DNA of 62,642 bases, counting the filler. It is 16 parts of 16 records of this genome, joined end to end, with 100 filler letters (N's around TTAATTAATTAA, not from the genome) between each part and the next. Parts side by side here need not be neighbours in the genome. Positions count along the whole stretch, not along the records: positions 4,544 to 11,478 come from SRR9670534_772; positions 11,579 to 14,585 come from SRR9670534_775; positions 14,686 to 16,689 come from SRR9670534_782; positions 16,790 to 18,834 come from SRR9670534_783; positions 18,935 to 25,962 come from SRR9670534_788; 11 more parts are not named here. One strand, written 5' to 3'. Shown here piece by piece: positions 11,285 to 25,568 of the stretch. The translations under genes and the position numbers were made by a program. Every line of letters starts with the position of its first letter. The first letter of the stretch is position 1. The notes under the pieces are model-generated. The model was not told the origin of the DNA. It worked only from the letters and a program-made list of their open reading frames with translations, and did no database searches.

Positions 11285-13112
11285 CTACAAAGCATGAAAC
11301 ATTATCTGTCTGCTATCTACGTCATTACCTAGTCTTTATTCAATTCTTCCCTGCATTAGGTATATTTATTTTATTTTACATATCTTAAAAAACAACATTG
11401 ATTTATAAATATATATACATTTATAATAATATAATATTTGTTCTTATGTATTAAATATATGTACGCAACGAGTAACTANNNNNNNNNNNNNNNNNNNNNN
11501 NNNNNNNNNNNNNNNNNNNNNNTTAATTAATTAANNNNNNNNNNNNNNNNNNNNNNNNNNNNNNNNNNNNNNNNNNNNAACCATAATCGCAACCAATGTG
11601 AAGTGTATATAACTTTATTGAATACCTATAATTTTAGAAGAAGAACAATCGCTGCCTTTTGATCTGTTGGATTTTGAATATATATAATAATGGTTAGCAA
11701 AATTGTAATATTTGTTATTAATAATAATAACTGTGTAAAAACTAGCGATTGTCTACCATTGTTGTTATTATTAATTAATCTTGTGAATAGCCTATTATTT
11801 ATTATTAAACAACTGTAAATATTTGTATACGAATGGTTTTTGTACACCAACTTGATTTCAAGTTTTGTCTTAGATACACCTGGTATGGCAAAACGTTTAT
11901 TATTAATAATTAATGCTAATCATAAAATTTGATTTTTGTTATTATTAAGTAATGATAATTATCTATTATTAATAACAACAATAATTATAATTTTGTAGTA
12001 TGAGTTAGCATTGTAGCTAGTTTTTATCGGATAGGATACATATATGAAAACCCTTTATTAATGTAGTTATTATAACAATAGTTGTGGTAATATGAAATAT
12101 TGAATATTACAAATAAAATATTCGGAGATTGTACGAAACATTCAGATTGTCACATCTGATTGTGAAGTGTATATTACTGAATTTCAAATTTCGCAAATAT
12201 TATATAATAATATTTTGTGAAATGTATATTACTGAATCATCGCAAAATAATATTTTGAAAATGTCGTTATTATTGTTATTAATAATAATAGGAGTTGAGA
12301 TAATGTATTGAATTATTCAATATTCAGTAGGTAATATATTCGGCACGCAATATAAATTATTTCTATTTTAAATATGATATTAAATAAGTATATTATTATT
12401 AATAAATTAATACCTAATACGTATATTAGATTAGTATATTAATTGTCAATAATTACAAATTTTGTAAAGAATTATTATTGTAAGTGAACAGAAATTTATT
12501 GTGGCTTCTATAGGATTCCCGTTGGATATACAGAAATTACTGTTTACAAATTATTAATAACCAAAATTTAACAAAATTGACGCTTTTAAATTGTACTCAT
12601 ATTCACAATATTAGTCATCATAATATCTGGTAACAATAAGCAATTTATGCAGTCGACTCAAATTTGGGCAATTCAGAAGAAATTCTTGCCAGGGCAGTAG
12701 GCAGAATTTCTATAGCCAATTGTACACATACACTACATATATGTCCTATTGTATACAATATGTCCTATTCATTATGCTAGCCCAGAATTTCTAGTGGCAT
12801 ACGTCACTGATTTTTCCAGCATGCTCAATAAATTGATACCATAGTAACATACATGAAGACATTGTAATGCCAGAAATTCAGATAGAAATTCTGTTTTCAC
12901 CCAAATCTACAGAGTAGAAATTCTGTTGTAACTCTGATGCTAGCGCTATATATAATAAACGTGAAATAGCTGTAGAAATTCATTGGCTTTTCTCTTTTTG
13001 CATATAATCAACCAAAAAATCAAAATTTTGCTTTTGATGTGAAAATGGTACAGAATTCTCAAACCAAATTTTCAACACAGTTTTTGCCTGCAATACCACT
13101 AACTTGCTTTAG

Positions 13113-14541
13113 TGCTAACAAAAATGCACTAAAAGGTCATCATGTAGCGATGTCTGATTTGGAAACCATTAAGGCTCCATTTTACGTTAGACATTCTACA
13201 CATTTAGTTTGTGCTGTAAAACCAAATGAGAGAAGAACATTGCCGTTGATCGTTGATGCAACGGTATGTATTTATTATAGTATCTCATTCATAATTATAG
13301 GCTATAATTTATAGCATGTTTTTTGTTTTATAATTATAATGTTTCTTTTAGCTTGATGATGTGATTTTTGATAATCCTATTTGGTCGGAAATTGCTGAGG
13401 TTTCCTTTGTATTATCATCAATGAGGTCAAAGTCTGATTTAGATGGAAACGGATTGTATGACCATAGTTTGGTATTTCAATTCGACAAGGACAAGTCAGC
13501 ACCAGTAGCTGTTATTTCAGGACGATTTGAGGAAAAGAAAGCTTATGGGTAAGTCATTCTTTGAGCATGGATGCATTTATTATTATTAATAAGGTTTGAT
13601 TTGAAACAGATACCAATTTATAGTTTTGTTGACTTGAAGGGCTCGCGTTTATCCGATGGTGAAGCAAAACAGGGAAAGAAACATAACAAATTGCAACATG
13701 TACAGGAAAGAAATGAATATTGTGTTGCCAAGACCTCAGCGGGTCAACAGATCACCTACAACAACCCAGGGTCTGGTAGACCGAGACCAAGATACAATGA
13801 CGAAGAGAATTCATCATTCAGCGATTGTGGACCAAGACATGGATTTAAAATTATGGTACAATTGTTGTTCAAGATGAAGAGTGGCTGCTTCAAACGCTCA
13901 GACCACGTGTTCCTATCAGAAAAAATAAGAGAATGTATTGCTATTTTGCAATATACAATATTTCTACTGTAGAAATTCTAGAATACCTTGCACATATTGC
14001 ACAAGGTGATATCTATAGCTATACTACTAGTATAATACTAGTTTATTATAAATACAGGACCTATAACAGGAATATCTATAGGTATCGCCTTGAATCAATG
14101 CCCTTGATATTGTGCTAGACCTACATACAAAATTATTTATTGTAAAAATTCTACATATATGTCCCTATTTGCACTCACATTGTTTGGTAGTTGTCGATAG
14201 TATCAGACACTATATTATAGTATAGTACTGACATCTGGATACTTATGATGTAATAGCGGCCTATCACTTTAGATTCTGTTCTACCAAAAATTGAAGATTT
14301 GACATTCTTTTTCACTCGTGATTATGATGTTCCTGAATTGAACTTGGATGTTTTTTTTGGTAGCGCATGGTTGAGAGTTGATCAGGTGATTATTGGTAAT
14401 CAGGCACTTTTTGATGAGTATGACTTTTACATGCAAGCTGTGTTTGTCGATTCAAACAAAGAATATATTGCCGACTTTTTGAGCCACAGCAGTGAGCCTA
14501 TTGTTCAGGATAACCATTTGGAAAATGTGAAATTTCATAAG
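13113..14541 (+). CDS. Uncharacterised multi-exon protein (partial)
   Basis: Exons 13113-13263, 13352-13548, 13624-13934 and 14273-~14541 have canonical GT-AG boundaries with matching phases (0, 2, 1) and no stops. No recognisable domain. Confidence 0.55.
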
Positions 14542-17500
14542 GTAAAATTGGGACTAAATCAAAGCGAACTAAAGGGGGAAGCCTANNNNNNNNNNNNNNN
14601 NNNNNNNNNNNNNNNNNNNNNNNNNNNNNTTAATTAATTAANNNNNNNNNNNNNNNNNNNNNNNNNNNNNNNNNNNNNNNNNNNNTAGAAATAAAATCAA
14701 TAGACTTTTAAAAAAAACTATATATACATTTTATATAAAATTTATTATTATATACTAATAAAAAGTAAGTTTTATTAAACCATTCTATTTTAAGTTTTGC
14801 TAATTTTATTGTAAATACATATAAATAGTAATGATTACTATCTTGTAGTAATTATAATAATAAATTAATTTTGACAAATTTACCTTACTACAGGAAGAAA
14901 AGATGTATGATAATAGCATATTATTAAAAACTTTGATCTTTTGATACATTTATTTCATATAATAAAAAATTAATTATATTACAATACTATCAACTTACAA
15001 TATTATTGTAATATTCTATATAATAAAAAAACTTAGTATTTAAAAAATATATTTAAAGACAACCAAAAAATATACTATAATATCTTGTTGAATGGCTATA
15101 GCTTATAAGTTATTTTTAAATATAATCTTAAACTTATAGCTTCTTATTAAATATAACTATGTTCTTATAATAACATATAACATATAGCTAATTTAAAATT
15201 TGATAAGTAGCTATTAGATTTATAATTAGCAATTTTGATTTTACAAGTTCTGATTTGGCCAATGCTAGCTAGCTCTATTGCTCTAACAAAATATAGCTTT
15301 ATAAGCAAACATGATCAAAGATTATTTGTAAAAGAAACCAGAGAAGATTCATTGATTATTCAGACAGATTATAAAGCATTAGACACTAATTGTTCAATTT
15401 ATCTTGATTTGGAAAACTGTATTGTTAAAAGTAATATAAATTCATTTATCAGAAATAAAATGAGATTATGTTTGAGATATTATATAATAATATAATTTGC
15501 ATTTTAATTCTTAATAGTCATAATCATTATAATGGCATTTTATATTCTAATGATATTTAATAATTACCTTGTTACAAGCTCCTTATATATAATATATAAT
15601 TTCTAGGTAATTTATCTAAGGTAAATATATCCAATTTCAAAATAAAAAGTAAATGCTGATATTATGCTCATAAATAACATAACATGTTAGACATGCACAT
15701 ATAAATTGCAATTGCATAATGTATATGTAATACATATGTACTTTATATGGAAATTTATGGAAATTTGAAATATACTACAATTATTGTTAATATAGTACAT
15801 ATATAACTACATTACATTAAATACAATTATATTTACATGTTAACATCATATAATATATCATATATATGTATAATGATAACATATATACATTATGCTTGCA
15901 AAAGGCAAGGTTATAGCTGGTGTTGTGATACAACTTCACCAACCCTTTTGCTCTATCTCAAGAATGCTAAATAGTCCATTACTGAAAGCAATTAGACTTG
16001 TAAATGTGCTGCCAATAAAAGTCAGATTTGGCCTTGCAAAGAATTTCCACATACAGCTGGCAGAATATCTCTTGAAATTTTTGGAGTTATTCTTTGATGA
16101 CAAAGATTACCATTCATGGTCAATTAAATGTTTGTGTCTAATCTGTGTAGCTAGCAACACCAGGGCACCAGATATTCCTCTGTTCAGAGAACCTTTCATC
16201 CCTAAGGATAAGTGATTTAGTTGTGATAAAAGATGGCAGTACTTTTGCCTCTGTAGTCAGTTATAATTTTTGTCAATTGTGAACTAGTCATGTCATGTTT
16301 TGTCATAGTTAGCACAATAATAGTCAAACTTTTTTGCAGCTTTATGCAGTTTTCCTTTTTGTGAATTATTTTTCTTTTTGACAATTTTCAATTTTCCCAG
16401 AATTAGTCTGGTGAAGCCTTATACTACAGCAAATTTTATAATAACTTTTTATTATTTGCATAAGTAGCATATGTTCTCTGTATTGGAACACTTTCATTTA
16501 AGAATGATTATTTAAAGCAGCCTACATTTTTCGTTAAACCTAATAATCTTCATGTTACTTGGCACTTAGTTGCTTTGATTTTATTGGGCACTATTAGCCT
16601 AACCTAGCTAGAAATCTTTTGACTCTGATAGATAGTTTCTATTAAGATACATACCATTTTGGGGGTGATGTCACCCTTGTACTATTAATNNNNNNNNNNN
16701 NNNNNNNNNNNNNNNNNNNNNNNNNNNNNNNNNTTAATTAATTAANNNNNNNNNNNNNNNNNNNNNNNNNNNNNNNNNNNNNNNNNNNNATTTTGTAGTA
16801 AAATTACCCGAAAAGTTGACATTTTGTTTTTTAAAAAAGAAAATTGCTTTTTTAGTAAGTCATTATATCTTATTATATAAAATATATTAAAAAATTTTTA
16901 ATATAATTAATATAATAATAATGCTAATTAATAATAAGTATTAATGATAACCACCTTTAAAAAGGGGAGGATTTTTCTTTTTTGGTTGTTCAGTGTTCAA
17001 ATTTATGTCACTGTTGCCATTGCTTACTGAAGACGGCGTTTCTTCCATATTTGTTTCTGAAAATCAGGATTTTATTAATAGAAATGATTTTTCTTGGAAA
17101 GGTTCAAGACGACTGCATAATATGCATGCATACATGCATAATGATACAATATGGATACCAGCTCATATATCTTCAATATTGAAGATTTCACATTAATATT
17201 ATTATTATTGTTATTATTAAACAATAATAAGGTGTATCCTAAATAAATGATAATGATCATCATTGATACATCTTAGAATAACAATGAGATTCCTTACTAT
17301 ATTACATTGTTATTATTGAACGTTATTGAATGACTGATAAACAATGCTATGTTATTTGTTATAGATAGAATCTATTATTAAAATAATAATAATAATTAGT
17401 TATAAGGTCACCTAAGGTGTATCAATGATACACTGTATCATATTACCATTAGTTATTATTATTATTAACAGAATAAATAACAATGACTGATAAAAAATGT

Positions 17501-19503
17501 CAACAATGTCAAAAGTCACTATTGAATAGTGTGATGCGCATTGCTCATTATGCAAACTACATTTTTGAATATTGTTGTTGTAATGAATCAATCCGACCGA
17601 TTGAATTAATAACATCAAAACAAGGCACGAGCTGTCTATGGGGAGTTGCATACAAAATGTTCAAACAGCTATCGTTTTGCCCATACATTTTTTGGGGCAT
17701 GATTCACCAGTAGTGAGTCAATACTGCTGTATCAGCAGTTATTATTAATAATAATAAAGCTTATTATCTTAATAAGATACTTATTATTATTATTAATAAT
17801 AAGATGTAATTACATTAGTGACGTGACATCACCACCTACGCTGAAAATAATAGTTTTCTCAATGCATGGGAAGAATCTATAATTATTACAATAATAGCGC
17901 TAGCTAATTAATTTAATTTTATTAATAAATTTAATTTATTTGTTTGTTTATTAATAAATTTTAATTTAGAATGCATTGTAAATTTAATCTATTTTTATTT
18001 AATAAAATGCAATGTAAATTTAATGGTACTTTATTTCATGCCTTTGCAGTTAACTGTTTTAGTAATTACAACTAAAATTTAGTTAATAAATGATGGTTAG
18101 TGCTACTTATTAGTGAACAGCGTTCTTTGACCTCTAAGGTTATAAATACCGGTAACTTATAACTACCAAAGTTATTAATTTATTATTATTATTAATAATA
18201 ATGAATTCAATTTGAAATAATATTATTAATATCAACCTAGCTTTATTAAAATTAAATTTAAATAGCATCATTATTATTAATAATATACATTTTTATAAAA
18301 ATTATTATTATTGATTACATAATCAATGATAATAGATAATATATTATAATAGCTGTAATTCTATTCACAATATATAATAAGTTTATACAATAGGTGACCT
18401 ACTCTCAATCCAACAAATTAATTTTCTTCACTTCAAGTTGTAAACAGAGATCGTAAATCTATAGAACTAGGAATGCTGTTTTGGTAAGATAAACATTATA
18501 CAAAATCGTGCACATGTTATTATTAACTCTTATAGGTATCATTTTCTGTGTCATTATATATACCTATGGGGATCCTTATGATATATCTATTCTATGTTAT
18601 CAAAATGTGCAACTATGTTCTACAAAGTACTACAATGTACCAGTGGTACCTCAGAGACTCTGAGTCAGAGTACAATGTACCACAATGTATGATGTAAGCT
18701 CACTGAACTTATCATCTTTCTTTAGTTTACTCAGATTAATCTATCTTTACAACCAGTGAAGATGATGCTTTTATTTTAATAAGGGTTGAGAGCAATGGAA
18801 TTTCAGGAAATCGGTCAATTCAGCATATGAGCTANNNNNNNNNNNNNNNNNNNNNNNNNNNNNNNNNNNNNNNNNNNNTTAATTAATTAANNNNNNNNNN
18901 NNNNNNNNNNNNNNNNNNNNNNNNNNNNNNNNNNAATAATAATAATAATAATAATAGTAATTTAGATTAAATAAAAAATTTAACTTAAAGATAGTTAGCT
19001 TAATTACATATAGTAAAAATTAATTATTTGTATTATCTAGTATTTTAATAGAAAATTGCATATAATATTTGTATATTAATAATCAAACATTTTTTTATTA
19101 AAAAGTACCTGTATAGTTTTTTTAAAAGCTAACTTTTGTATTTTATGTATCTTACATAATATAGTCACTTTTATTATATAAAAGTTTTATATACCTTATA
19201 GAGAGCATTTCAATAAAAGTTTTTTTTAATATAGTAATGAAAACATTCCATTATATAGTAATGAAAACATTCCAATGTTAATATACTAATAACAAAAAAA
19301 TATATAAATTATAACTTTTAATTAAATAATATTTAAATATTAAATATTAATAATTTCTTAAATATATGTTAATTTATAAAAAAAATTATATTTTATTATA
19401 ATAGTATAGTATACTAGTATATACTTAAATAATTATTAATATACTAACATAATTATTTTGATAATATTTTGTTTTCATAATTATTATATTTATTATTATT
19501 ATT

Positions 19504-19600
19504 GATGATAATCTCTACTAGGTATTTATTGATAATAATAGCTATTATTAGCGATGATAATCTCTACTAGGTATTTAATGATAATAACAGCTATTATTAT
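19504..19600 (+). repeat. 49-bp tandem duplication
   Basis: gatgataatctctactaggtattta.tgataataa.agctattatta occurs twice. Confidence 0.85.
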
Positions 19601-20629
19601 TAATAATAATAAATAATTTTAAATAGTTTTTTGAGAATAATTACACCTTTTTGCAATATATTTTTCTTGAATATAACAAATATATGAGTAGCCAGCCAAC
19701 TGTCTTTGTTTGGGCGGACTAAATTCATCATATTATGTATAATAAATACTTCGCTTTGCTGGTTGGTCCAGCGTGGTCATTAATTAATCATTGTCGAAAT
19801 ACGTAGACCGGCGCTTTCAAAAGATGCTGTTGTTTTCTGTGATGAATTTGCAAATCGATAAATAATTGCAATTGTGATATATTACCATAATGTTTGTTAT
19901 AAATAAGTAAACAGTATAATTTTGCTTTCAAACGAGCTTTCAGTTGTATGAAAGGATGGATGTCGTATTAACATTTATTATTTATAACAGCTACTAGGAT
20001 GAATTTTGCTTCTTTTTAAAAATTAGAATATGAAACGTTTAACTAAAAGGCAAGAGTGGAAACTGTTAATAATAAGAGGTTCTTATTAATAAGAGCTTAA
20101 ACTTTAGCTTTGTCCACTAAAACAATTATGACCTCAATAAAGTTCGGCGACTATTACTGGAGGTAGTGGTATATAGCTAGGTCAAGGACGTTGGTAGAGT
20201 GCTGATTAACAGAAAATGGTTGAAGTTTTTGTTGGCTATTTTGCCAATCCTGTTTCTATTTCTGGCTTGTGTTTGTGTTAAATTTATTTTCTACCCAAAC
20301 TTTAATTTTATTTAAATTGTACGGAAGGGGTAAAATGACTTTTTATTCTACAGAAACAAGCCACAGTTTGATGTATCCTACGTTATTCTTTGTGTCGCAT
20401 TATCTAGTGTTTATCGATTTTTCGTCCTAGCCCCTCTCCCGTTGCTATGAGAGTCATCTTGATTGTATTATGATAATGTATTATGTATATGTGCTTAGCT
20501 ATATAAACAACAGAATATACAGTAGTATGTTGTTTTGATGGCTAGACATTAGGCTAACTCCATTTGCTTAGCTGTCTATACGCTTTTACTTGTCTTCTAT
20601 TAGACCCTGCAATGTAACCGCGAAAAACC

Positions 20630-22879
20630 ATGAGTTCCTCAGGTCCAGTTTTAAAACGCATATTGAGGACCTATCAAGCCTTTGCTGATACAAGTCTACA
20701 AGGTCCCAATGAAGCTCTTGATCGCCTTGCGGAGGTTGCAATGGCGGAAAGGGAAAAAGTTCAGCAGCAAAAGCAACATCAAGTGGAAAGCCCACCACAG
20801 CTTCACTTGATTCCTTCTCAAGAATCCCTGGTAGATTCTCAGCACAAAATCTTGGATTTTCATGGATTTGAAGTCGCCTATTTCAATGTAGCAGGCGAAC
20901 CAAGTCTGTGCTTAGCACAGGTTTTAAACAGCATACTTAGCGACTACCCACTACCAGACATATACCCTCACGTTGATTCACTTCAAATCTACTACAACAA
21001 ATGTACGGAGTCTCAGCTTCGCGACTTGAAAATGAGTACAATTTTGCCCAGCCACGTACCAAGTTGTGGTTTAATCAGAAGAACGGATGCTGAAAGGCTG
21101 CTCGCCAGTCTTTTGTATGGTAGATCAAACACCGCACCAGGAAATTTAGATCAAGTACTGGTAGAAAAACTGGCAAATGATGATTGCACCAGAGATTACT
21201 TCTTTGTGTCACAAGAAGTTTTCGGAGAAGCCTGGGGTTGTTTCTATGAAAAGGGTTTCAATGGAGATGGTGGCAACTCGAAGTGCATTGAATGTCTTCA
21301 ATGCCATCTCATTTTGTCTCCGGTAGAATTTTGTTTTCACACACATATTCCAGACAAGAAATCAACCTGCTACTGGGGTTTTGACAGCAATAATTGGTCA
21401 AAGTACATACACTTGGTAGATGATACGTCTGACAAAGCTGTCGTCCAAAAGTCCAAGGAAAAATTTGAGGAAATTTTAAGAAGAACCGTCGATGACCTTG
21501 ACGCAGCAACACCATTAATAGCTGAATTTCCTTTGACAATGGATATGCTAAAACAAAAGGTACTTACTTAGACTTGTATTCTTTATTCTTGCATGCTACG
21601 TACGAAAGATTCCTAAAAATCATGCCAAGGAAAATTTGACGACCTTGGCCTTGCTCCATCACGCAGGAGGAAAGGCATTGGGAACAATGATCCTGACTTG
21701 TTGTTGTGTTGTTGTTGCGATTATTTTTCATTCCTAAAAGGGAAGCAAATAATCTGGTGCGGCATATGTAATTTTATGTAAATTTTACGAGATTTCTCAT
21801 AAATCATGTTAGCTAGTAAAATGTAAATCATGTTGCATACCAAACTACATACATACTACCGTATTGCATCCCATAAAATAAGGAGAAAGAAGCCTTGGCC
21901 AAATGTTTCATGCGTAAATTTATGAGGCCCTGAATAGCTGATTCCATCGATATTTTTGCAGAGATTTTCATTTACTTCCTCATACATCTCATTGTTTAAA
22001 GCAAATTTATTACATATTCACTTTTAATTGTATGTGTTGTGCAAGAACGTCCCTTTAATTCCAATCTCTTTAGGTATCCGCTGAAGAATCTAATGACGTC
22101 ACTTTTTTGAAAGAGAAGAACCTAAGGTATGTTAAGTGCAATAAGACACCGCGCCAGCACACAGCTGCGTTAATAATTGCTATTAGATATGCATTACACT
22201 ATACTTAGCGCCAGGCTAGGCATTAGACATAACTACTAATTGCCATTAGCTGAAATGTAAAAAAAGAAGCGTCGTCATGATGTTTTAATTTTTAGAAAAG
22301 AAAGTGATCCTGGAGAAGTTATTGCTATCCCAGGTGGTGCAGTCTCATATCCGCCGATGAAGAAGAGATTGTACGCTTATTTGTACCTTACTTCATTCAT
22401 TATTATAGCGTTTTTTGTTGTAGATTAACTGAGGAGAGTTGTAAACCTTCAGTACCTGCCAAAAAAAGAAGCAAAGAGCAACAGCAACAACCTCAACCAA
22501 ATGAAGCCTGCAAAGGATCTGAAGATGGAGGAAGTCAAGCATCTCAGAATTTGTCTCAATTCGTTAGCAGAAAAGAGTTTGAAGATTATAAGCGAGCTTC
22601 GGATAACAAGCTTGACATCTTGCAAAAGGTAAGGCAAATTCGTCGTCAGTACTACTGAATCAATGATCTACTGGGACTACGCAATTAATTAAATTGATTT
22701 TATTTTAGAACTTGGCTATGTTGACAACCAAATATGAGCAACTCAGAAGCTTATACTTTACAAAAAGTGGTGTTGGGGGTGCGAATGTATTGACCCATCC
22801 AGCTTTATTTGGCGCTGCTGCTCCGCTAAAATCTGCGTATTACTTTGCTTCTCCTTATGGTACTCGACTTGGTGATTAG
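20630..22879 (+). CDS. SKI: SKI/SnoN family Smad co-repressor
   Basis: Exons 20630-21559, 22074-22126, 22296-22370, 22424-22628 and 22709-22879. N-terminal R-Smad-binding motif LKRILRTYQAFADTSLQGP, Dachshund-homology domain (F.VAGE..LCL.Q.LN; SCGLI..TDAERL), SAND-like Smad4-binding domain (CIEC..C....SP..F..H.H; TCYWGFDSNNW..Y) and a C-terminal coiled coil. Confidence 0.92.
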
Positions 22880-24071
22880 TGGGTGTACTGCGGATGAAAC
22901 AAAACTAGTACCTACGTAGGTGTACTAGCTAACAAAGTGTCGTTTTCCACAAAATTCAGCAAGACTGAACGCTTACTAACAAATCGTTACTATTAAAGCA
23001 TGTTTAGTTGCAATGCATCTCCTTTTTATCTGTTCAAAACATGATAAATAATGATATTGTCATTATTATTAATATTATGCATATAATGAATGATATTTTT
23101 ATGTACATGACTGTTACTACTGGTTGTTATGATCAAAAGCATATCCCACTCATTCACTCATTATTCATCCATCTTGACAGTAATTAATACGTAGGTACGT
23201 TTTTAATGTGTTTTCCCACTTCTATCTATCTACCTACCTACCTTTCGCTTTTATAGCATAATCTTAACAAATTAGATAATGCTTTTTTATGACGTCATAA
23301 GGTGCCATAATTTCATCTTTTGTCTACCACTCTTCTTCAGACAGATTAGTGTAGTGTACTACTTCATGTTGTCTGTGATTCATTGTAATTAGACTCACTC
23401 TCTCTACCTACGTCTTTATGTACCTGGATGATCAGATTAATTAATGAATCGTAAGTCCTTGAAAGGATTTACGAAATGTATAAATCATTTTTGTAATTAT
23501 TAGCTTACCACATAGACGTAATTCTTATTTTCGATAGCTGTTTCATCATCTTTGATTATGTATGTACAAAACAAGCGTTTTTGCATCCTACCAGATTGGA
23601 CCAATGATTGAATGTCCTATTGCGGTTAGTGTTTACATAGGTCGTTCCATATTTGGTATTTTTGACAAGTTTGGAAGTTGTACATCCGGGCAGGTCAATA
23701 TTTATTAATTTATTGATTACGCGTGTGTCGAGAAAATTTGTTAATTGTCCTTTTTTGTGCTATGTTTCTTTTAATTATAAGCGCGAAGTGAGCATGCAGC
23801 CTGCAGCATGCATCATGTAGCCTGCATGCGATTCATTGAACAAACTAATTCATATTTTTACGTGTCATCATTTTTTACGATATCGTTGGTGTTTACGCTT
23901 TTTCATACTATTGTAGATTGAGAGAAATTTTTGTTATTGCTAATTAGTAATTAAAACATTAATAAGAAGCTGTTTTTTTTGATTGATACGTTGTTTTTTT
24001 CTACTAGGGAGTACCGGCAATACTTGTTTTGTTTTGATGATAAGGATAATAATAAACAGTATTGGTAGTTA

Positions 24072-25568
24072 TTAATAATAATGATTCTTTGACCTTGAGC
24101 ATAATCTTTTGATATCGGCATCAATGATTGTAGGTTCTAAGGAGAAATCCGTTCTTTCGTCTGGGTTTGCAAGAATGGTAGATGCTAAAAATTGGTCCTT
24201 TCGTTCTTTGAGCTTCTCAACTGTATTCCAATCGATTCTTTTCCATGTCAGTATTAGCATAATGGCTTGCAACACCTGAATTGATCAAAATGATTCCATA
24301 TTTTTATACTGGGGCATTTAATTCTTACGTAGATGATGGGTCCCAGAATGCATAAGCATAAGAGAGCTTTCAACACAGGTGAAAACGTGCCACCTTCGTG
24401 CTTCGTCCAGCAAGCCTAAAAATGAGGTGTTATAAGTGACATCTGTTGGTATATTGCTGATATCAGCTTAAAGCTGGACAATGCTACATGTAGCGTTATC
24501 ATAACAATCAAATTTTATTAACAGATCAGATAAAGTTGTAGTTGTAATTTTTATTTCGCGATTCATATGTGTGTGGACGATACCTGATCATAACTGATAT
24601 CTACATTTTTTGTCCTGCATATTTTTAAAGGAATTTTTGGCACATTCTTATGTCCACAGCATTCATGCTAAAAGATACAAATTTTTGATGATGAGTGTCA
24701 ATTTACCTACGTGAGCAACAAAGGTGAGTAGAGATATGTCGTCAACACATATTGGATTTTCTTCACATTTTGTAACATAAGCAGCCCATCTCGTTTCATA
24801 ATAGCTATCTTCAGTATTCCTTCTCTACAAAAACAAAATAAATTAAAATATCGAGAAATATTATTATTAAAGATGACACAGTTCACATTTTTACCATATT
24901 ATATAACTTTAAAATTGAACTTAAATTTATTAATTTTCTATTATTAGGTTATTTATTTAATAATTATTACATTTTAATAATAATACAAACTAGGTAAATT
25001 TATTAACATTTTAAATTTAAAATGTTTAATTTTTAACTTAAAAAAATGTATTTTCTAATGCCACAAATATTATGTAATAGCACAAGGCACTACTTCGTTC
25101 CATTTTTCATAAACCAAGAAATAGCCACAAAATATTAAAAAGGCGAACAGTATATTGAGAGCCATTGCCTGAAAAACATGCCTGTTGTTCAACTGTTGAA
25201 CTTCAGCATCAAAAGTTTTATTATTAAAAGCATGCTTATTTTCTAGGTATCACCGAATATAAAAGGACAAAGCTTTCCTTTATAACACCATATAATCCAA
25301 GGCCTGTTATCATAACTCCAAACCCAAAACTAAAATAAAACATCCATAATCCATAGAGGTGACTTTGAGGATCTGAAGGAAGTCCATGAAGTTTTAACAA
25401 ATCCGGTTTTTGTTTTCCTTTTACCCATATACCATAACAAAGTTGAGATATCGCTAAGGCCTATGCACAATATTAATTAATATAGTTTATTAAATAATGT
25501 AGTGGTATTACCCCCGTGATAACTAGCAATGCTGTTGTAATACCCTTGATACACTTGATGTTGCTCAT
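24072..25568 (-). CDS. Divergent tetraspanin (7 coding exons)
   Basis: ATG at 25568. The spliced product has four hydrophobic helices, GLYGVIKES after TM2, HECCG plus further Cys in the large extracellular loop, and last exon 24275-24072. All six introns are phase 0 GT-AG. The ORF track shows only the last exon. Confidence 0.85.
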
